In this document: one piece after another, positions 31,552-32,000 of the stretch
Numbering within the stretch: the stretch's first letter is position 1
Layout: the number at the start of each line of letters is the position of its first letter
Assembly (NCBI RefSeq): GCF_900199515.1
Contig: NZ_LT963434.1
Coordinates: 1,396,050 to 1,428,049 of the forward strand
Reading direction: 5' to 3'
Source of the DNA: Massilicoli timonensis
GTDB lineage: Bacteria; Bacillota_I; Bacilli_A; Erysipelotrichales; Erysipelotrichaceae
DNA length: 32,000 nt
Translations under genes and position numbers: made by a program
Notes under the pieces: model-generated
Told to the model about the DNA's origin: nothing
What the model saw: the letters and a program-made list of their open reading frames with translations, nothing else
The model's database searches: none

Positions 31552-32000
31552 TTGGAAAAACCTCTTGCGCGTGTAAAGGTACCGAAGCGTTATGATTATT
31601 TATTGATCATAGCAGTGGTTTTAATGGGGATGACTTCACTGTTAGCCATTTATTCTGCTTTTCCGCTGCTGAATGCAGATGTTTCGGGGACAAGGCTCAT
31701 CATACAACAGTCGATGTGGTTTGTGATCGGTTGTGTGGTAGCGGCGATCATTCTTTATCTTGGCAATGACAATTTATTTGAACTGGCGAAACTTGGCTAT
31801 TATATCCTTCTGGGTATGCTGGCTGTTTTGTTCGTAGGCAAGCTGACCAATGCTTATCTTGGGTTTAATCTGCCTTTTATCACGCCTGTCAATGGAGCAG
31901 TTTCGTGGTTTCAATTTCCTTTCGGCAGTTTTCAGCCAAGCGAGTTTATGAAAGTGATGTTGATCATCATTACGGCAGGGGTCATTGACGAGCATAATCA
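31552..32000 (+). CDS. SEDS-family peptidoglycan polymerase (RodA/FtsW/SpoVE), 5' part; continues beyond the window
   Basis: Open frame to the window edge, so it is absent from the ORF track. GGAG (31541-31544) favours the in-frame TTG 31552 (ATG 31546 is too close). Sequence (M)EKPLARVKVPKRYDYLLIIAVVLMGMTSLLAIYSA...FQPSEFMKVMLII carries the SEDS QPSEF motif. Confidence 0.8.
   Translation, partial: MEKPLARVKVPKRYDYLLIIAVVLMGMTSLLAIYSAFPLLNADVSGTRLIIQQSMWFVIGCVVAAIILYLGNDNLFELAKLGYYILLGMLAVLFVGKLTNAYLGFNLPFITPVNGAVSWFQFPFGSFQPSEFMKVMLIIITAGVIDEHN

Noticed and set aside
1-32000. Search for mobile elements, CRISPR arrays, tRNA/rRNA genes, and defence or toxin cassettes
   Set aside because: I saw no transposase, integrase or recombinase-like ORFs, no regularly spaced direct repeats, and no tRNA cloverleaf or rRNA-like conserved blocks. 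The only repeats are the two terminator-like elements, the DAHPS duplication and the short motifs reported above.

Overview
This is a chromosomal window from a low-GC Gram-positive (Bacillota-type) anaerobe; a finer taxon cannot be proven from the sequence alone. From the left: an AT-rich non-coding stretch, then the origin-proximal cluster rpmH-rnpA-yidC-jag. Next is a ~2-kb AT-rich islet with a small lipoprotein and a membrane-anchored XRE regulator. The lipoprotein gene is bracketed by two copies of a structured terminator-like repeat. A shikimate/aromatic operon follows (aroB-aroC-aroF-aroF'-aroA-tyrA). It is preceded by an unlisted 14-codon Phe/Tyr-rich leader ORF and a terminator/antiterminator arrangement, a candidate ribosome-mediated attenuator. 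After it come a DUF1848 gene and an unlisted 45-aa membrane peptide. The most unusual region is 12.6-18.8 kb on the minus strand. A canonical class III ribonucleotide reductase pair (nrdD-nrdG) sits directly downstream of a two-gene operon. That operon encodes a MarR-HTH::NrdG-like radical-SAM fusion and an ATP-cone NrdD paralogue. The paralogue appears to lack both active-site cysteines and the whole Zn-ribbon/glycyl-radical C-terminus. The operon has a perfect-armed 20-bp palindrome over its promoter and a 12-nt direct repeat at the gene junction that would fuse the two ORFs in frame if collapsed. The remainder is housekeeping: rsmI, ricT/yaaT, holB, tmk, punA, a TcdA::MsrA fusion, mutS-mutL, an EIIC-like permease with a Cys-less EIIB-like tail, and the start of a SEDS (RodA/FtsW) gene. 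I saw no rRNA, tRNA, CRISPR array, transposase or integrase. GATC is strikingly over-represented in the coding regions.
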